NCBI GenBank assembly: GCA_002633005.1 | Contig: NMRA01000129.1 | Location: 434,628 to 498,627, forward strand | Origin: Phoronis australis | Lineage: Eukaryota; Animalia; Phoronida | Length of the DNA stretch: 64,000 nt | Direction: 5' to 3' | Part shown: positions 1-14,600 of the stretch, one piece after another | How the letters are laid out: every line of letters starts with the position of its first letter | Position numbering within the stretch: the first letter of the stretch is position 1 | Made by a program: the position numbers and the translations under genes | The notes under the pieces: model-generated | Databases searched by the model: none | The model's input: only the letters and a program-made list of their open reading frames with translations | Told to the model about the DNA's origin: nothing

Positions 1-412
1 TTATGTCTGGCTTCTACAAAATGGATAATATGAAATCAAAGCGCACACCATATAACTCAAAGACAAGCAAAAACAACATCAACAGCAAGCAATAACAACT
101 ATGGTGAATGAAGAACAAGCAAACATTTTATCTGTCAACGATAGAATTAGCAAGGGTGGAAACAATTCCATGTCCGTGCTTCTGAATTCCAGTTTCGATC
201 CCCTAAAACTCAGAGTAGGGCCAGCAAACACCCAACCCGCAATACAAATTGAATACTCTTGCACCCACACTCTTGCTCCACGCGCACACACGCACACTCT
301 CACACGCTCACACATGCGTGCGCACGCACACGTACGCGAAACAGTCCATACCCGTTGACCAACCTCCGTATCCGGACCAAAGATTCGAGACTGAAGTTTG
401 TTTTTGCTGGGA

Positions 413-520
413 GTAATGGTCTGATATAACGTGACCGAATTTTGAGAACCAGTTTTCTCCACTGAATAACGGGCATCAAACTGGTTCTCAAAATACGGGC
501 ACGTTATATCAGACTATTGC
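413..520. repeat. Long hairpin/foldback (~45-bp arms), probable small MITE
   Basis: GTAATGGTCTGATATAACGTGACCGAATTTTGAGAACCAGTTT is near-perfectly complementary to AAACTGGTTCTCAAAATACGGGCACGTTATATCAGACTATTGC across a ~20-nt loop. Confidence 0.75.
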
Positions 521-1452
521 CGACTTATCTGATACATCTGCACTATATTATGAGACAAAATATCTTTAATCTTCATGATCGTTTTGTTTTTGAAACACCA
601 TTTCAACCATTCGTAACATTTTCTCGACAAAGAACTCACTTCAGGGCAGCAGTAACAATACATAGAGATTAGTTACTGCGCGCAGGAAACTAAACTATTT
701 ATTCGACATTCATTCGACATCGGATATCTTCACATTGTGACGCCAAATTGTGACTTAGACGTTTGGTAATTATTTAATATAAGCATGCCATTATACTACT
801 TAGCAACAAAATGTGACATTTAGAAAGAACTTGAGTCGCGCATTTAAGCGAAATAATCGTAATGTCAAAGTCGAGCTATCCATTAGGTTTCCTTGACAAC
901 TAAATTAGGTTTCCTTGACACCTCAGGGAAACGGTTATCTCTCCGACACGTTCCTAACTTACGCGGAATAATATCAAGGTTAAGAACACTTTCGAAAAAA
1001 TAGATAAACAATAGGCGACTCAATATTCTCCAGGCGGTGCTAATGAATAGCCTGTGTTTTTGACCTGTGAATAGATTGAGAGCAGAAAGCAATACAGTCG
1101 GCATGGGGACGTTCGTGTGACAAGGGATCCACGTGATCGCATGCGTTGCGTTCCGTAGACTCGCGAGAAAGGTTAGTGTGATCACGTGATTAGCTTGTAA
1201 TGCTTGGCAATATCTCACGAGGAATTGCGTGATCAAGCGTTTTCATGAGTTCTGTCATCCACGGGAAGCAGCTCTGAATGCAGCCATACGCGTCTGGTAG
1301 GATGCCACTTGCTTCATTTGCAACTAGCGGGCCCGGAAATTTCGAGTTCACCACTGCAGTATGAACCAGGATACGAAAAGGCTATTGAACTTGAGTGCAA
1401 CATTCTTGTTTATATATGTCTTCAGTTTAATTTTACATATAACTTAACTTCC

Positions 1453-1645
1453 AACAGCTTATTATTTAAAATGACATAGGCAAGATATTGAATTTTGGAC
1501 CTCAAAAGCGGAACCCCTATATAAATATAGGTGGCCTCGACTGAAGGTGGTTAAAGAGAGAGGCTCTCCATACTAAAGTTGAGGTCCCACTTTTGAGGCC
1601 CTAAATTCGATTTCTTGCCTATGTCATTTTAAATAATAAGCTGTT
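1453..1645. mobile_element. Foldback MITE-like element with long terminal inverted repeats
   Basis: Perfect 32-bp inverted repeat AACAGCTTATTATTTAAAATGACATAGGCAAG ... CTTGCCTATGTCATTTTAAATAATAAGCTGTT, extending imperfectly to ~60 bp. Confidence 0.75.
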
Positions 1646-1728
1646 TTCCCTGCTGATGGGGTATATTGCTTTGTTCACTTAGGCTGGTCTGTCTGTTCGT
1701 CCGTCTGTAGAACTGTTGGTCACGCATA

Positions 1729-1881
1729 CAATGGCGGATTTAGAGGGGGCCAAGGGGGTCATGGCCCCCCTAAAATTCTACCAAATTTGTTGGCAGTAGG
1801 GGATTGCGAATGTCTGACTGGCAAAATCCTGGCTAATACTCTGCCCTGGCCCCCCAACTCAAAATCCTGGATCCGCCCCTG
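1729..1881. mobile_element. ~153-bp MITE (CA.TGGCGGAT termini) with 5-bp target-site duplication GCATA
   Basis: CAATGGCGGATTTAG ... CCTGGATCCGCCCCTG, flanked by GCATA on both sides. Homologous copies at 61404-61559 and (partial, inverted) ~55845-55949. Confidence 0.8.
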
Positions 1882-4800
1882 GCATATATGTAGCTCATCG
1901 GTAGCCATTGGGTTAAAGGTGCTATTCTGTCCCCAAACATGATAGGAACGTGTCTTGTGCTTTTGACGCTATCGTTTGTTCGGGGCATTAAGCTAGAGAT
2001 TACAACGCAAACTATTAACCACCTCCTGAAGTACCATAGCACTTGATACTCTCAAATTCAGTGGCATTTGCTCACAAGGAGTCAGTGGGACACTGAGTTG
2101 CAAAGCTGAAACAAACAACTGAAAAGTTGAATTGAGCGCGACAAATCGTTCTTAACTCATAGTCCGACCCCGCGCTGAGCTCAGAATTGTGTTAATGACC
2201 CTAGCTACCATTGAAAAACTAGATCATTCATACAATACGTTTACCTACTGGCGCGAAAGAGAAGAATGTATTTGGGAAGTGGGAATTGGTTGAATACGAA
2301 ATGCTGTCATCTTGATTTACAGACAAATACCACAGGGTGAAGGTGAGAACGTTTATTTTCTGGCTTGTGAGTGGTAGACCTACATTATGCTTCCAAGTGG
2401 TTCTCATAGAATTATTTTACGCTACATAGTCCCTGTATAGTATCCAAAACTGCTTGGCTGTTATTTCTAATTTTGTGTAAGATAGGTTATACTCGTGGAA
2501 GCTTTAACATCGACGGTTGATATTGTCCAGGCCATATTTAGCATCCATCAAGATAAATGTAATAGAATACCATTTGGCATGACAAAGAAAGCTATGAACA
2601 GAACTTAAGCTGACAATCGAATAGCCGGTAGCCACAGTTAACTTATCTCAACACTTCAATCCGTAGAACAAAATATTTTTTGGCTTTCAATAAAAAGTAA
2701 AATACAGTTACTATATATCATTTCAACTGTCTCGCCAATGATACTCCTCCCTATTTTGTGAGTCTCGTGTACTTTTTAAGCTCTATTAGCCTAGTCGGAA
2801 TTAAATATTCAACCCTGAGGGTTGAAAGGGAACTGCAGTACAAGTTGTGGTAGTTACCCGCATGTGAAGATAGCAATGTAACCTCATGCCGCATTTTCAC
2901 AGCCACAGCCGCCACCAGTTTCATATCGTCCCCTATGGGTCAAACGATCGGGTCGGTCTCACACCGTGCGATCTTACTTTCAAGGGAGAGGTTACTCAAA
3001 AAGATAATTTTTTTTAAGACCAGTTTACCCTCAGAAAGGTGCCATTCGTGACGAAATTCCATACGGCAGAGTCTCTTTCTGGTTTAATTCCTCACAAAAG
3101 GTTCAGTTTAGGAAATGAGACTTTAGTTGAAGGTTCTTTTTTCCAACTACTCAAAATTACAGGTGGGTTTTTAATATTATTAAGATTTCTAAAACTTTGG
3201 TCGGAAAAGTTGTCCTTAATTTTGGAAGCATTGAATTTCTTGTTGTTCTGTTTCAAGCTCTATACCTTAAAAATTCAACTATCAAACATCGACACGAAAG
3301 GGAGAACTTTACGTATTTTACCCTTTGGTGCTTCTAAAACCAAACTTAAGGTGAATTTGTCATAGAAGCACCCAATAAATGTGCCCCTTTTCCCAACTGG
3401 CTCTCTAAATGATTGAGTTATTTGACTACATTTTGATGGTTTTGCAGCTGGACCACCATCAAAATGTAGTCGAGTACCCCCAGCGTCTAACACCCTTCGT
3501 AGGCCACGTAAGGGATAAATGTGGTAGGTCAACTAAGTGATAAAACGCGACGAATCATGGGCCTAGCTTTTAAAATAAGAAAAAAAATCTGACCGGAATT
3601 TTGTATACATGCGTTCGTAAATAAGGAGTGGCTGTGACTCGCGTTCAAAGAGATATCTCGTACAATCATAAGTTACATGCCTCGTTAACCATGGCAGTGG
3701 AGACGAGTTGTTTATTCGGTTCTAAAGATAGGCTTTACTCGTAGACCCAAGAGCTGGACTATGACGTTACGTCGATCTTCGACGATTTTGAAAATCTCGT
3801 AGCCGGTCGCGTTCTGTTTTTACTAGAAAGCAACATAGTTTCACGACAGATACACACCTTCATTTCCTAAAAGTTTGATGGAGACCCGCGACTTATCTTT
3901 TTACTTATTCTTGGAAGCCGAGCTGCCTAAAAATCATTCTACGATCGAGGGATTCTGGTAAACCCAATAAGCTGCTCGCACGCTTTGGTACGCGGCCGGC
4001 TAACTGGAGCAATACAATACACGTCGGCACACCTAATAGGCCTACTAGCCGAAAGCAGAGGATACCTCAGTGTCCTATATACGATAAACACTGCTGTATT
4101 TTTAAAAGAGCCACTCATTTACAACATTCACAAAATTGCGAATTTCATTTGCCATTTTTTTGTATACGTATGAACATATTAATAATGAACCATACGTGCT
4201 TATGTGTAAGGCTGCGCTAATAACAGAAATCAGGCGTGTGCGGAAAATCGATGAAAACAAAGCACATTAAATAAACATTCACGTGAAACTTGATTTTTTC
4301 GTTACGCCAACAGGAGGTGTTGACGAGTATTCAATTGTTAACACAACCTTTTGAAATATGTACTAAGAACCAAAAAGGACCAAGCAAGAGACAGTTAGCT
4401 AGCGAGTCACAACGAATATCCGCCTGTGCCGACAAATGGAGTACAAGCGAATGCGTTGGTGTACGAAACCTTATGCTTAATTGGAAACACACGTTATTTC
4501 GGATACAAGCACATTGGCCTAAGTGCACGCAAGTATGATACGTTTTGTTCACGTGGTACAAACGAGGAGTCCAGCAAGATTCGGCACGTAAATGTCTCCC
4601 AGAACACAGACTAGTTGGCTGAAAGGCAATGTCTTTTTTGGTTAAAACATTGTTCCATAAACAAAAAAGGCGACATGAGGGTCAAAGGCCTGTGTAGAAC
4701 TCACGCAGCAAGCACAACACTCCATCGCTTTTTAGGACACAGAAATTGCCTTCATTAAGTGATAGAGTCTTATGTGAACCTGACTTGTGTACTATAATTA

Positions 4801-7599
4801 ATCATCAAAACGAGTCAGTCGTGTCTGATATCTATCAGTAGCCAAAATGCAATAGAGGTAATTGCGCAGAATGACGCACTACTAGCAAAACCGCGTAAAG
4901 ACCAAAAAACCTTAGTTTGTCTATCTAGTAGGCCTACCCAACGATTCATTTTGAAACATGAGCTTATCGACTAATAAATGCCAGAATTTTTAAAAAAGAC
5001 CCGAAAGCAAGGTCTGAAATGTCGCTATTTGCCAAGTAATGGCCGCATAATTTTTGGTCATCCCAGGTGTTTTTTTCTCTCTGAAAAAGTAAGTAACTAA
5101 AAATACCGCTCCTCCGACTCGCTTTTCAAAAAACAGAGACCAGAATCAACCATTCTTTTTTGGCCTAATCCTCGGAAATGTGGAAATTTTTACTGCTTGA
5201 TTACAGCAAAGGATATGTATGCCTTCTCACAGGCCTACAGAATAGCATAAACAAATTTCTATCAGCCAGTAAATCCCGTGGCCGCGGTCACTGGTTTACT
5301 ATCAGAAATAGACTGAGGCTAGAGTAGTGATGCTGCACATCAAATGAGCTCATTTAGGTCCCTGCGTTTTTATAGGAAATAACATGTACGTTCTTTTGAA
5401 AAAAACCCATTTAAATGTCAACGATAACCTTGAAATGAAAACACGCCACTATATACCATTGTGTAACGGAGGAGCCATCCGCCACCTTTTGAAGAAAATC
5501 TGCTGCTCTTTAAGGGCGTAAATTCGAATATAGGCACAAGTTGAGCGCAACAACATATTGCTCATTTTTCCATAGATTATTATTTTACGTGGTATTTATT
5601 ATTTTATATTCTCATTTCTGTACTGTTCTGGACCTTTCTTTCACCTACATGCGGTCTCCTTTTCATCACTGTAAACGGAACTTGCGACACACTTACCATG
5701 TTCCGGGACATATTTCAAACATAAATGCATATTTTAATTTTCAAGATGGGAATCATCGCGGGAATTAAAAGTTGATTTCACGCCGAAACAGCCGAAGTTG
5801 TAAACAACTAGCCCAAGTAGTTGATCACAAAGAGTGAGTTTAGCTCCAGACAGGCGTTCCACAGTGGCTTTGGCAACACACGGCTTCCTACCCTATGTAA
5901 GAACCGGGAACTCACTGTAGTGGGAGACTTTAGTGCAATCACCATATGGATTTAGTTTAATTCCACAATAATCTTGATGGTAAACATCTATAATCCAGTA
6001 CTATCCAGCGTTTCCGGTATTAAAACTCATATGCCAGCTAGAATTGAAGTTCTTATGAATTAATTTTTGAAATTAATTGCACGCTTATCTCATCCTGTTG
6101 TATCATAAAATCTTACAGTATGAAACAATGGTATTAACAAAGTCCATTTACTGTTTGATGAATGCTTGTGCGAAATGTCTTCCGTGTTCAGAATGTAATA
6201 TTCACGGAAATTTTTAAGTGCAATTTTGGCTTTAAGTTCAATTCAATTTTTACTTTTATCGATTTTGTGGTGATACACGAATGCTAACAATATTGTCTTG
6301 TAGAGTTTGAAATGCGTTGTACGGTTGTTGTGAGGAGCTTTTTCATTAACGTCTTGGAAACTTCAGAAAAACGAAAATTCGGCTAGGTTTGGAAATATTG
6401 TTGAGAAGTTGAAGATTGAAACACAAGAGACCATCGATAGTTTAAAAACTGCAAGTGAACCCAAACTTATCATGTTAAATAACTCTCACCACACCCGAGG
6501 CGTGGCCAAGCCTTTTTCATAGCACCACGGCACCATGCACACCTGAATAAAAATTGTTGCATTTGAGCCCTGGCTGGTGAAGAACTGATAAATGACCATC
6601 AATTTTCATAATTCTGAAAGCTGGTAGTACAATAATGTACATTTTTGTGGTATGCTTTGGTTGGTGATACCCATTCTGTTATCTAGACAGGTGAAAACAA
6701 AAAGTTTTAAGGTTCACCTTTACTCCAAACAATTTTAAACCTATACTACACTCTAAGTATATATGTTTTTGGTTATATTTGAATTTCATGACAGGCTTTC
6801 TGAACTCGCTTCATATTCACTTTAATCCGTGACATCAAAACGTCTTGCATTCAGTAAATGCTCGATGTTTATCTACCTGAGACGTCAGTTTTACTTTTGT
6901 TGCTAGGAGACGATATATTACATGCTCAAGTGAACATTAAATCACTACAAAATCCTTAGGAAATTTAAATAAATGAAAGTGGACGTTGACTACTGCTATA
7001 TAAGTGAAAGTAAGCTTTCATTGACCATCAAATTTCGCAAGTGGTAATGACCACACACAGAACCGTTCAAAATTCTAATTATTTAAAAAGACGGAACATT
7101 TTGGAAATGTGACGGATTTTAACGGTCATTCCGTTGTGACCACCTTCGTGTTGACTGCTTCTAAAGCAGCGTGGGCTGAGACAGCTGAGTTTGCTTTATC
7201 AACGAAGGCGGTCATGTCTTATTCTTGTGTTATCTCACGATCAATTAGAAAGGTAAAGAAGCCTAATTGATTGGTAATAGGGAATTGCAATCAACTGAAT
7301 CAACCACAGGTCAACGTTACGTGACAGTTTCTATGCAAAAACGAATGCAGCGTCGGCGTTCGCAAGCACGGGTGTAAGACCACGTCTACTTACTTAACGT
7401 CGTAAAACCTTAGATAAAACACGCCATTATGGTTATTCACATTGTTTTGTGCAATGGGCCCAACCATGAGGCCTGCGCACGTCTGATGCACCGCAAATGA
7501 CATCTGACCACATGCACTTTTTTTATTCACATTGTTTTTGTTGCTGCGTTTTCACTTCTTTTTTAAATTCTCTAACCAACAATGATAATTCTCTTTCAG

Positions 7600-9579
7600 G
7601 AACGTTCGTTTCGGCCTGTTCAGTGTTTTGCTGTGGAATTGTGCGTCCACGGGACGCTAGTAAATATAGAGTGTTTTTCATTAACGTGGGAGTATCTCTC
7701 CTTCAACTGTTCACTGCCTTCATCTTCCTTCTCGGCTGGATCTGGAGCATCATGTGGGGTGCTGCTTTCTTAGAAATATCAAGTAAGGTTTGACTTTTCA
7801 CTTTTATTAAATATGAAATCAGCCTACGAATCTGATACTGGTGTTACACATGTGGAGAATTTCTCGCTTACACTGGTGACCGCTCCGATTCCCTAAGCCC
7901 CAGAAAACTTTTACGATGCCCATTCAGCACGCCCTTTGTATTGCTAGCGTTACTGTCTCAACAATGGTTGTTGTTAGTACCCCCATTTTGGTTTTCTCTG
8001 ACATTTGCAGAGTTATAGCCTGCAACTCCGGAGAGTAGGTTTAACTTGGTACATTATAAATATTACAAAATGACTAAAAAGGTTAACTTGTGTTTATCTT
8101 CATAAAGGCCCGCTTCTCAAACGAACGATCAGTTTCATATTGGTTTTCTTTATTTAATTTTTAATGCTTCTGCCCACTTGTTTTTTTACTTACCGGGAAC
8201 GGGTTGATAACTTTTTATCTAAGTACCAAAACAGTGGTAGATTTTGGTCGCCAGCTAAACTTAATTAGTTCATTGTGAGCCCATCCCTAAACTTACCACA
8301 TTAAAGGTACACTAAATATTTCACATGTCACTAAAGTTTAATCTTTATTAGAACTCAAATCACAAAATATATACAAAAGTGCAAATATGGTGATAATCAA
8401 ACTGAAGATTTGGAATCTCTGGAAAATTTCGGTGGCACTGATTATATAATTATTCTAGCTCTTTGTCAGTTATAAAAAAATGAAAAGTGGGCACAACAAC
8501 TGTTTCCTGGTCAAAAATCAGGTTAAACGAAATTGAAATATTAAAAAATGAATCCATGTGATATTGTTAACTCTGATCAGCGTTTGTATATCCACAGAGT
8601 ATGTCAATACGAGCTGTAGTTTATCTTCAATCGTACCCAATGATTGTAGTTTTTAGATTGTTAGTTCATCGATTTTTAAAAATCGAAAACCGTAGTTGGT
8701 TGTTTTTTTTTCCAGCTGAATACCGTCGTGGTGTCCGTTTATAACGAAAATTAGTGGTAAATGCATTTTGAAAATTCGCCATTATGTACAGTCAGAGATG
8801 TTTAATACAGTTTATGGTCGGATACTAATTACATTTAATTTGATCTTGCTCGCATCGGGCAATGCGGTCATCACAGTTGTACCTGATCCTGGCCCCGCGC
8901 TCCCTTAGATTCTCTTACAAGCTGCTCAGAAGGACGAGCGGTGAAAATTTTCACATATATTTAGAAATGCGTGACTTCCTTATAAGCAAATTATTCACGG
9001 TATGACACCTAACGTTAATTTTGCATGGCCTTTTGTCAATTGCAACTAAACAAAATATCAAAGTGATGAACGTAAAAAAATGGTTACCAGAGTTTAATTT
9101 ACAGCTTGACAGGTCACCTGGTATTATATTCTCAAGCCTTTGATGAACAAATGCATGAGATTGTGACAACACGTCTACTGGTCCGTTTAATGTTTTTAAC
9201 GTGCTATTCATTTGTACTGTGGTGGGTGGAATGAAATGAAAACTATTTTTCAGATAACTTCTATAAACAAAATGCATCGGGTGAAGAAGCAAACAAGTCT
9301 ATGTCAAACAACAGGATAGTGGAACGACCTAATGACCTGAAACTGAAAACGAAAAATAACAATATACGCGCCTTGAAGAATGACTTGGGGACAGACTCAC
9401 CAACCATAGTTCTGCATGGCGTACCCATGGTCGTGACGCAAGAGACATCTAACGTTGATGGGGAGAAACAACACTTAGTGTCTGAAGGAGCAGTGACGGT
9501 TTCAGCGGATAATTGTTCGCACACGCGTTTCTTGAAGGACAACGAAAACAAAGAAATCGATGCTTTGTTTGTGGCATAG
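7600..9579 (+). CDS. STUM: STUM/SPEC3-family membrane protein, last two coding exons (7600-7782, 9254-9579); 5' exon(s) not located
   Basis: Exon 7600-7782 (tttcag/...A/gtaag) encodes GTFVSACSVFCCG...FFINVGVSLLQLFTAFIFLLGWIWSIMWG, the SPEC3/stum signature (GTFxS ... QL ... GWIWSIxWG). It joins in phase 1 to tttttcag/ATAAC at 9254, in frame with ORF 9301-9579. Confidence 0.85.
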
Positions 9580-11652
9580 ATCATGCTGTATTTGGTCGAG
9601 TGTGGTATCGTGACCTTATGGCGTTCTGGCACTGTCTGAACACCGTAGAACAGTCGAACGAATTGTGAAATCAGAAGTGCAACTTCAGACATACTTTCCG
9701 TGCCATTTAATATGTTTAGTATTAACGCCATAACTGTAATAAAATATGAGCTGGGAATGGAGATTTTACAGAGTTGTTCGCAGGAAAGGAAATGCGGATT
9801 AGTTACGTCCAAATGAAAGGTCTCCTAAAATTGCAATAAAAACAAATTGGAGCTAACAATAATAACTACAAGGAGGAAAAACTTCCAAGAAACCCTAATA
9901 TACAAAAATGTTTATTAAGTACTAGAAGAAAGTTTTATTTCAATTCCTATATTTCATATAAAAGGACACACTGTGTTGGTTAACGTTTATAAGTCAAATG
10001 TATACAATATTGTAAATAAGAATGCAACTGGTGTATTGAATATGGTTTTGTCATTTTACTTCAATCCACAGCATGAAGGGAGAGAGCTGCAACACTAGGG
10101 TATAAAGTGGTCGTGTCTTCCACACGTGATTCATGACGTACTGACTTTGAAGAACTAAAAACAGCCAAACGGTCTTTTTTAGCCGGTAGTACGATAAGTG
10201 CATTTTTTATGTTACAGCAATGAAGCGGTGTATATGCATTATAATGGACTAAAGGAATTTGACTTGTAAGCAAAACAAATTCACGACTTGCAAATTTGTC
10301 GATCATCTAAAAAAACAATGAGCCAAAAAGACTGAAAATTCAAAGAGGCCTGTGGTATGGATTTTATGCAGCCGTTGCATTCAATATGAGTTTATGAGAT
10401 TATGAGTTGTAGTTCACAAATGTAATTGTCAAAATTTGTCATTTTTAAATTTTTGAAAAGCTGGAAATTTTACCAAACGTTAATTGTTACATCAATGACA
10501 AGCTATAAATTTGATTAAAGTGGCATTAAATACGTGCTTTGTGACAAGAAGCAAGTTTTTGATTTAAGCCACACAGGGTCAAGAAACTGATCTCAATTTG
10601 TTCCTTAGTCAAAATAAGTGTAATTTCTGAGCTTGCGAGGAAAAGAAATGACAGATCCTCACGTCTTCAGAAAAAGCTCCTTAAGTTTTCAAGTCAGCCA
10701 GCAACCAATTTTACGAGAGTAAGAGGCCTAATTTGATCTTTGTTCACTGACCAGCTTGAATTCATGCAATGGAACTTTTACAATGGATAAAAATCTTTCT
10801 AAGCAAGCTCAAAGATTTTCGTTGTAAGCCCAGATGCACAACACTTCCTTCAACAGTTGAATGAATTTGTATTTTATAAACTACAAGACAGTGCAATCCC
10901 GTGACAGCTTTATCTATTAGTTACGATTTCTACATTCTCTACAAAAAGTATTAACAAACACTATGGTGCACAGCAACACAAAATACCATTACCATGTACA
11001 TGATTGTGCTGCAAAGGTGCAACAAAATGGCACCTTGTGGAAAAAACAATTTTTGATTTAGGCCATTTACCATTTTAAAATCGGTCACATCTTGTTCTTT
11101 ATTCAGATTAGAACTGAATTCTAGGCTTGCAAAGAGCCCACTCTTTCTTATTGCTTTACATAAAGTTCAGTAATCTTCTTGTCACAGGGAGTTATTTTCA
11201 GCCGCCAAAGCAGTACGGACGTAAAGAAAATTCAATGTGTACAGTTTTATAGTCACTAACTGCCATTCAAAATAAGTATGAGAACAGGATGTTGTACTTT
11301 AAAAGAGCAAATATACATTTGCATGTGAAAAATCCTTTTTTGACCCCAGAACTGATTTATAGCAGGTTTAAGTATAATACGTACACTTAAGTGTTAAAAA
11401 GAAATTATTTTATTTGTGTAATTGACACAATCACATTTTACAGTTTTATCATTAAAACATAATCACTTTGACATTTAGATAATACATATCATAAACTACA
11501 AAATCTTGATATTTGAAGCATGGCATCAACTGCCAATGAAACAATGATTTTCCATTAACAATGGTCAAGACAATTATCACAATCAGTGGTTAAATTAAGA
11601 TCAAGACAGAGGAGAGAGAGAAAGAGTACAAGTGAACTAGGTGTATCTTGTG

Positions 11653-14600
11653 TCACGTGGTCTTCAGTCTTCCCTCAGGCAAGTACAGATACCCTACCAA
11701 CATCCCACTGAAGGAAATGGCTGCAAAATACAATGCTCATTAATGCACTTCAAAGAAACCAGAGGTTCATGCAAGATTTCAAAATTAGAGCAACCAAGAT
11801 GGGTTTCCCAATTTCTCAGGGAGTTCACGACCAATGATGCATCACTGCGTTTTCATGTTACTGCAGAGACACGGGTTTGGAATAAAGTTTATTGTGTTTT
11901 CTTATCATATCTTAAACTAACATTTTTATTCTACAGACCAATGATCTCCCAGAGCTGGTGCTTGCAAGTCGAAAGAGACGTACTTTAATTGGACATCAAA
12001 ATGTTGAACTATCACGCTGACTAGGGTGCCTAAATTTGAGTGTCCAAATGTACACAAATTTATTAAGTGCCTGGATGCCCAGTAGATGAAGACCTGACAA
12101 AAACCAGTAACACAGCAGTTAAAGATAGTCTTACTACATAATTTCAGTTAAAAACCCACACAGAACTAATTAGCTCACCTCAAACTGAATGAAATTGTCC
12201 ATTGCAAATTTTCAGAGAATGTCCGAACGTGGAAAATTTTCACTATAATGTCCAATCTTTATTGCGGATTGAGACCATGGCAAATTCCAATAAAGACGGT
12301 GCGACTTCACGCACAAATCACTTACAATGAACACCAAGAATATAGTGGGTTCATGACATTCACAACTTGCGTGCACAATTTTGACACATTTCAACTTATA
12401 CTTACTTGAGACTATAAGGGGTGCCATTACTCCAACTGTTAAGGGTGCTGTGCCATAAATCCAACATTCAGATGCAAAGTGGCCAAAGGCCAATGCAAAT
12501 GAAACCAGAGTAAGGTTGTAAACTCTGTAAAATAAACAAAGCATTTATAAGTGCCACAGTAAAGCAACATTGAGGATGCACATCCTAACCTCACAACTAG
12601 GATAACTATTACGTCAGAACATATGATCATGTCTTATTTTGATTTCACATTTCTTATAAAAAATAAAAGTTGTGAAAAAACAACTAACACTTCTAGTTTT
12701 TCATGACTGCACTATGTCTGGGTTAAAGATCTTGAGGGAAAAGTATTGTTGTTAGCATGTTACTCCATCTCAATCTTGTTTTATTTCAGTATGAAGTATC
12801 AGATTTTTTGGGACTCCAAGAGTTTCCAATCTCATTCTAAATGGCGGGTTAAGGCCCGCGATCACAATAACCACCTACCCCATACTGTTATAAAAAGAGT
12901 AACTGTCCACTGCTGCTGTGTTTTGTTTCACCAAATTGTATTTAAGATGTTAAAGATGCGCTTTCAAATGCAAAAACTGGACCATTTTTGTGCAGTGTTC
13001 GACACAAGCGAAAAATGTCTGCTTGAAAACATGAGTGATAGCATATTTGCCTCTTGTATTCCTGTTTTTGAGCTTGTAAAAATTGGGACCCATACAACTG
13101 AGGCCAATTTTCCACTACAAACATCAGGATTTTTTGACATTTTGTGACTGACTATATTTGGCACGTTTTTAGTGCCAAAGGTACAAACTCGATTCACTCA
13201 ATGGAATTCCACACAACTTCGAAGTATTACGTGGCTTTATTTCATTCAATTACTGAATAATACATAACCAACATTAATGATTAAATAAATAAAATAGGTG
13301 TTGGAATGCTCTGCAGTTACCACGGTTACGAACAGTAAAATAGCATACAGTAAAGCGTTGAGCCTCGGTACTAAAATAACATTACATTAAAAGTACCCAC
13401 ACTTGTCGTTTTACTTTATGCAACATTAAAGATTATTTGATAGTGAAATTTGTACTGCATCATTCTCGCGCATTAATACGTCATTTGGCAGGAGTATACA
13501 ATACCTCTAGGAAGTTTTTTGACAGCATGTTTTTCAATCGTTCGACTTTCAAAAATTTGAACAGCGTGAACAAATGGAGGGAGTTTGCACTTAGATTTAT
13601 GTAGTTTGCACCTTCAATGACTTTGACGACATTCGCATCGCAAAATATATGAAAATAATTGCAGGCAGTCTGATACACGTTGTACCAGACGTGCGCAGGC
13701 CTCGCATGTGGGCCCATTGCACTGATCACCTGAAAATATTTTATGCTTTATTAATATATGGTTAAAACCAAGCTGAGGAGCTAGAAACCTGGCTCAAGGG
13801 TTTAGCAGTGTGACCTGGTGGGACTTGAACCCACGACCTCGAGTAACGAAAGCGGGCACTTGTAAACCAGGCCACACTGCCTCCTCATTCGCATCGCAGG
13901 GCAGTCCTAGAATTTTAGCAGGTATTTTTTCAATGTGCATTTTCTCCTATTTCAAATGCTACTTGCATACATGTTCCGATTTAACTTTCGTGTCGGCAAC
14001 TATCTTCACAGTAACAAGAAATCCTTTGAAGTTCGAGCATGTAGAGTTCAAAGGTCATGGGTGACTGGGACAACTCTCTGGCTCAGCAGTTAAGGATCCA
14101 CACCAGCCATTAATGAAATTCAATGTTTAAGTGACATTTATCAATCATTAACAGGATGCATGATTTCTCAAAACAATTCCTGAAGAAAACTGGTCACAAT
14201 CGATGGGACTACAGTTGAAGACCTGGTTTCTTACAACTACGATGACCAAAACAAATAAAACCCCAAAGAACGCCAAACATCTGCTCAACACCTGTACAAT
14301 TGAGGTCAACTTTTTACTCGTATTTTGCTTTTTCAACTCGTATTTTCGAGCGTTTATTTGCTTATGTCTAGCCCTGTCAAGTCACAATTTAGTTGCAGTC
14401 GCGCCCCAGGACATCAGTTGATACTCAGTTAGCATCTTTCTGAAGTATATTAAAACCAACATGGTGTTGAAATTAATTCTCAATGATATCATATTCAGAA
14501 TTTTACATGAATTAGTTAGTCATTCATGGAATTTTTGCAGTATTTTCAAACAAGCGAAAATTCTCATTATTTCTCAAGCTACACACTGATTTTTGAAATT

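Noticed and set aside
79-491. Overlapping ORFs at the window start
   Set aside because: Driven by a (CA/CG)n microsatellite at ~260-340; no recognisable protein.
883-1236. Minus-strand ORF containing IPCHTNVPMPTVLLSALNLFTG, loosely like the missing STUM exon (IPxMPxxVAVxCxxLN)
   Set aside because: Wrong strand relative to STUM and only a weak match; treated as chance.
11651-11664. 14-mer TGTCACGTGGTCTT at the ERG28 stop codon, identical to promoter sequence 16871-16884
   Set aside because: Single short match with no further similarity; cannot be distinguished from chance.
14148-14336. Hydrophobic ORF in ERG28 intron 2 that looks like a transmembrane exon
   Set aside because: ERG28 is complete without it, and its phase-0 entry does not fit the phase-2 donor at 14940.
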